This document shows positions 61,401 through 64,000 of a stretch of 64,000 nt of DNA, one piece after another (position 1 is the first letter of the stretch; each line of letters begins with the position of its first letter). Both the position numbers and the translations under genes were made by a program. Origin of the DNA: Hydrolagus affinis. Lineage: Eukaryota. The stretch is taken from the NCBI GenBank assembly GCA_012026655.1, contig JAAILG010000381.1, positions 1 to 64,000 on the forward strand. The letters run 5' to 3'. The notes beneath the pieces are model-generated. The model did not search any database and had not been told where the DNA came from. It saw only the letters and a program-made list of their open reading frames with translations.

Positions 61401-64000
61401 AAAATACTGTACTGCGGATTCTGGAAATCTGAAACACAAACAGAAATCGCTGGGAACGCTCAGCAGGTCAGCAGGTCTATTAATTTTAAAGTAGATTTGA
61501 TTAACCTTGGAATTGAAGGGGTGGGTTGTTCTCTCGTAACCTAATCTGCACAAAACACTGGAACTAAAATTTCCAGTTGTTCTGGAAATGAACCTGAACA
61601 TGTAGTAAGTCGCTTCTCTCATGAACAGGTAAGTCTCCACTCACCAAAAATATACATAAATGTAAATTGGTGCCTTGCTTTTTTAAAAAAACTTGCTTGC
61701 TTTTCCTATAGATGAGAAAATATTTTGATAAGTTGTTTCAAACGACTACTTTGAGGAGATTGTTCTATGACAAATACATTGCTGTGTGAATGTCGGTCAA
61801 TCTTTCCAGTCGCAAAACGTCAACTTTATCTATTTATTGTGTTTTAAAAGTCTTTTCTGCCCCATGTTAAATTTAACATTTGAATGTGCCGTTTTCTTGA
61901 CTTTACCGGTTTGATTTTTCAAAAGGCTCTGGAATTACTTCATAGGGAAAACAGTTGGCAACGAACTCTTGGGTGAATATTGAATTAGGTTGCCTATGGT
62001 AATAATTTTATTGCAACAAAAAACATCTTTAATGGAAAGACTATTTGTCAAAAAAAAAGCCCAACAAACTATTTTTGTGTTTGAAACCACAACTTTGATG
62101 GTAATTAATGGGAGCTTACATGTTTTAAAAAACAACTAATAATTCAGATTTGAATACTAGGCCTAGCTTGACTAAGTAGTAATTGAGGTTATTGAAACTA
62201 TAGTTTGTGCCGGAACTTTCTGTACTTGGCAGTTGATTTTAATCCTAGTTCTATAAAGGCCAAAGGGCATCTCGTGTCTGTATTAACGCTTGAATGACAC
62301 AAAAGCACTAGCATGATTCATCAATTTACACGGAAGCGAAGAACAAGTTTGAAAGCCCAAATGATCCAAAGAAAGTGACTGAAAGGATAGATTTCTTAAC
62401 TTCACCTGTTCAAAAAGAATTATAGCTAACAAATTTAAGGTAGTGTGAAATGCCAATATAATTATTAACTGACGAACTAACACCCTTTAAGGGCTTTCGC
62501 TCCCAATTTTACCATACACAAATACAGATTGAATAGAAAAGCTCGTTTTGTTGGAGATTGACAATTTTGGACCAACTTACTACCTTAACCTGTTGCCCTT
62601 TGAGCTAGCCACACAGGAAAAACTAATACTAAAATGTAAAATTAACTGGATTGAAAAAAATATTGTGTTTTTGAAAACATCTTCAGAACACAAGATACAT
62701 TTAGGCAAGATACATTTAGGCAATGACCGATACTAGAAATTACTTTTACATAAAGCAAGATTGGTTTGAAAGTACAGTACTAGGAATCCAAATGGTTAGC
62801 CTAAAAGAAAGAGACTGGTGCGCATTACCACAGAAGAATCCTCATACTTGGGGAAAGAAGAAGAAAAGTCGTTAAGAAGCCAGCAAGAAAAAGCCTGCAA
62901 GTGAAGGAAAAAAAACACCTGTTACCTTACCGTTGTGAAAAACAATACAAAGAGTGCAACGAGAAAATCTCAGTTTTCCCGACTCGTGAATAACATTGCT
63001 TCTCTGGTCATTTTGAACCCTTGAAATATAAAACCCACCTAATGGTTGCCTGGCTACAGCCTTCATTTAGTTAATCATCAGCATTATTACCAATGTGGAG
63101 GCCTTGGGAAAGAAAGGAAACAATGAATAAGACACGCAGAAAACAAGAAGCATATGCTAACTCCTCCTCTATTTAATACCAACAATTAGCCACCGGTATT
63201 ACCTGAGCTTTCTCCACCCCTTTTAGCCAATGCCTGGACAAGGTTCAAATGAATTCAAGAATGTCTAGGTAATACTAAATTCTAGGTTTTAAGCGATGCT
63301 ATCACCGTGAGTAAAGATCTCCAGCTACACTCTGGAATGCAATTTCGTTGTGGAAAGACCAACCTGTTAGTTAACTATGGCTGAGCCTTAATCAATGGTT
63401 AGCGATTGTGCAATGGACAAGGCAGATGAAACACTACACCTTATCTAATGCTCAATCTAGAGAGTGTTACCTGGAGTCTGAGGGGACAAAAGGGCTTGTT
63501 TCCCCTCCACTCCCACCACCCTCCACCCCCTCCATGGAACAAAAAATGCCTTGGGTCTGTAGACATCAACCTATTTACAAGCTACATGTATTATCAATGA
63601 GAAAACAAAATGAAAAACACACACAAAGAAATATACAATTTCCATGTCTGCTATGCAAACTAAATCACCATTCAAATAGACGTTTCATGCAAATGACGGA
63701 CCAGATGAATTTAACAGTTTTCACCGAGAAGCCAAAAATCCTGATCTTCCATGATATCAAATCTACTAAATATTTTGGCGGCAAAACCTTATCAAACGGC
63801 AACTTCCCAAAAAAAGCCCTGAATTTGAGTGAATTAAATAAACGGTAAGTCTATCAAGGTTTTTAAGTTTTATTATAGACTTTAAACTCCCCAACTGCAA
63901 CTCAACTAAAAAGAATTAAACATATAAAAATAGCATAATGCCAGAAACTAACACTGAAATCTTCTAACTAAAAGATTTTTGTTCTATTTAACTGACATTG

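Noticed and set aside
63408-63848. 146-aa ORF
   Set aside because: No recognisable domain or supported splice structure.
1-64000. CRISPR arrays, rRNA, prokaryotic operons
   Set aside because: The DNA is intron-containing vertebrate sequence and shows no such patterns.

Overview
Vertebrate genomic DNA. The tRNA-SINE, Deu-domain SINE, CR1 and L2 repeat mix suggests a cartilaginous fish, possibly a holocephalan (inference). The window holds the miR-200b/200a/429 cluster (minus strand, 51.6-58.4 kb) next to TTLL10, as in mammals, but the TTLL10 locus is rearranged. There are two TTLL10 (tubulin polyglycylase) paralogs in divergent orientation. Copy A is on the minus strand with its 3' end outside the window; copy B is on the plus strand and complete (11 exons, 549 aa). 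Between copy B and the miRNAs is a 5-exon minus-strand gene encoding an NlpC/P60 papain-like domain whose catalytic Cys position is Gly, followed by an acidic linker. A ~225-bp promoter-like element (ETS site plus RFX X-box half-site) upstream of this gene has a near-identical inverted copy upstream of TTLL10-B. Splice phases allow the NlpC/P60 exons to join TTLL10-A in frame, which would make a protease-fold/glycylase fusion with TTLL10-B nested antisense in its intron. All exon models were read by eye; no database searches were run.
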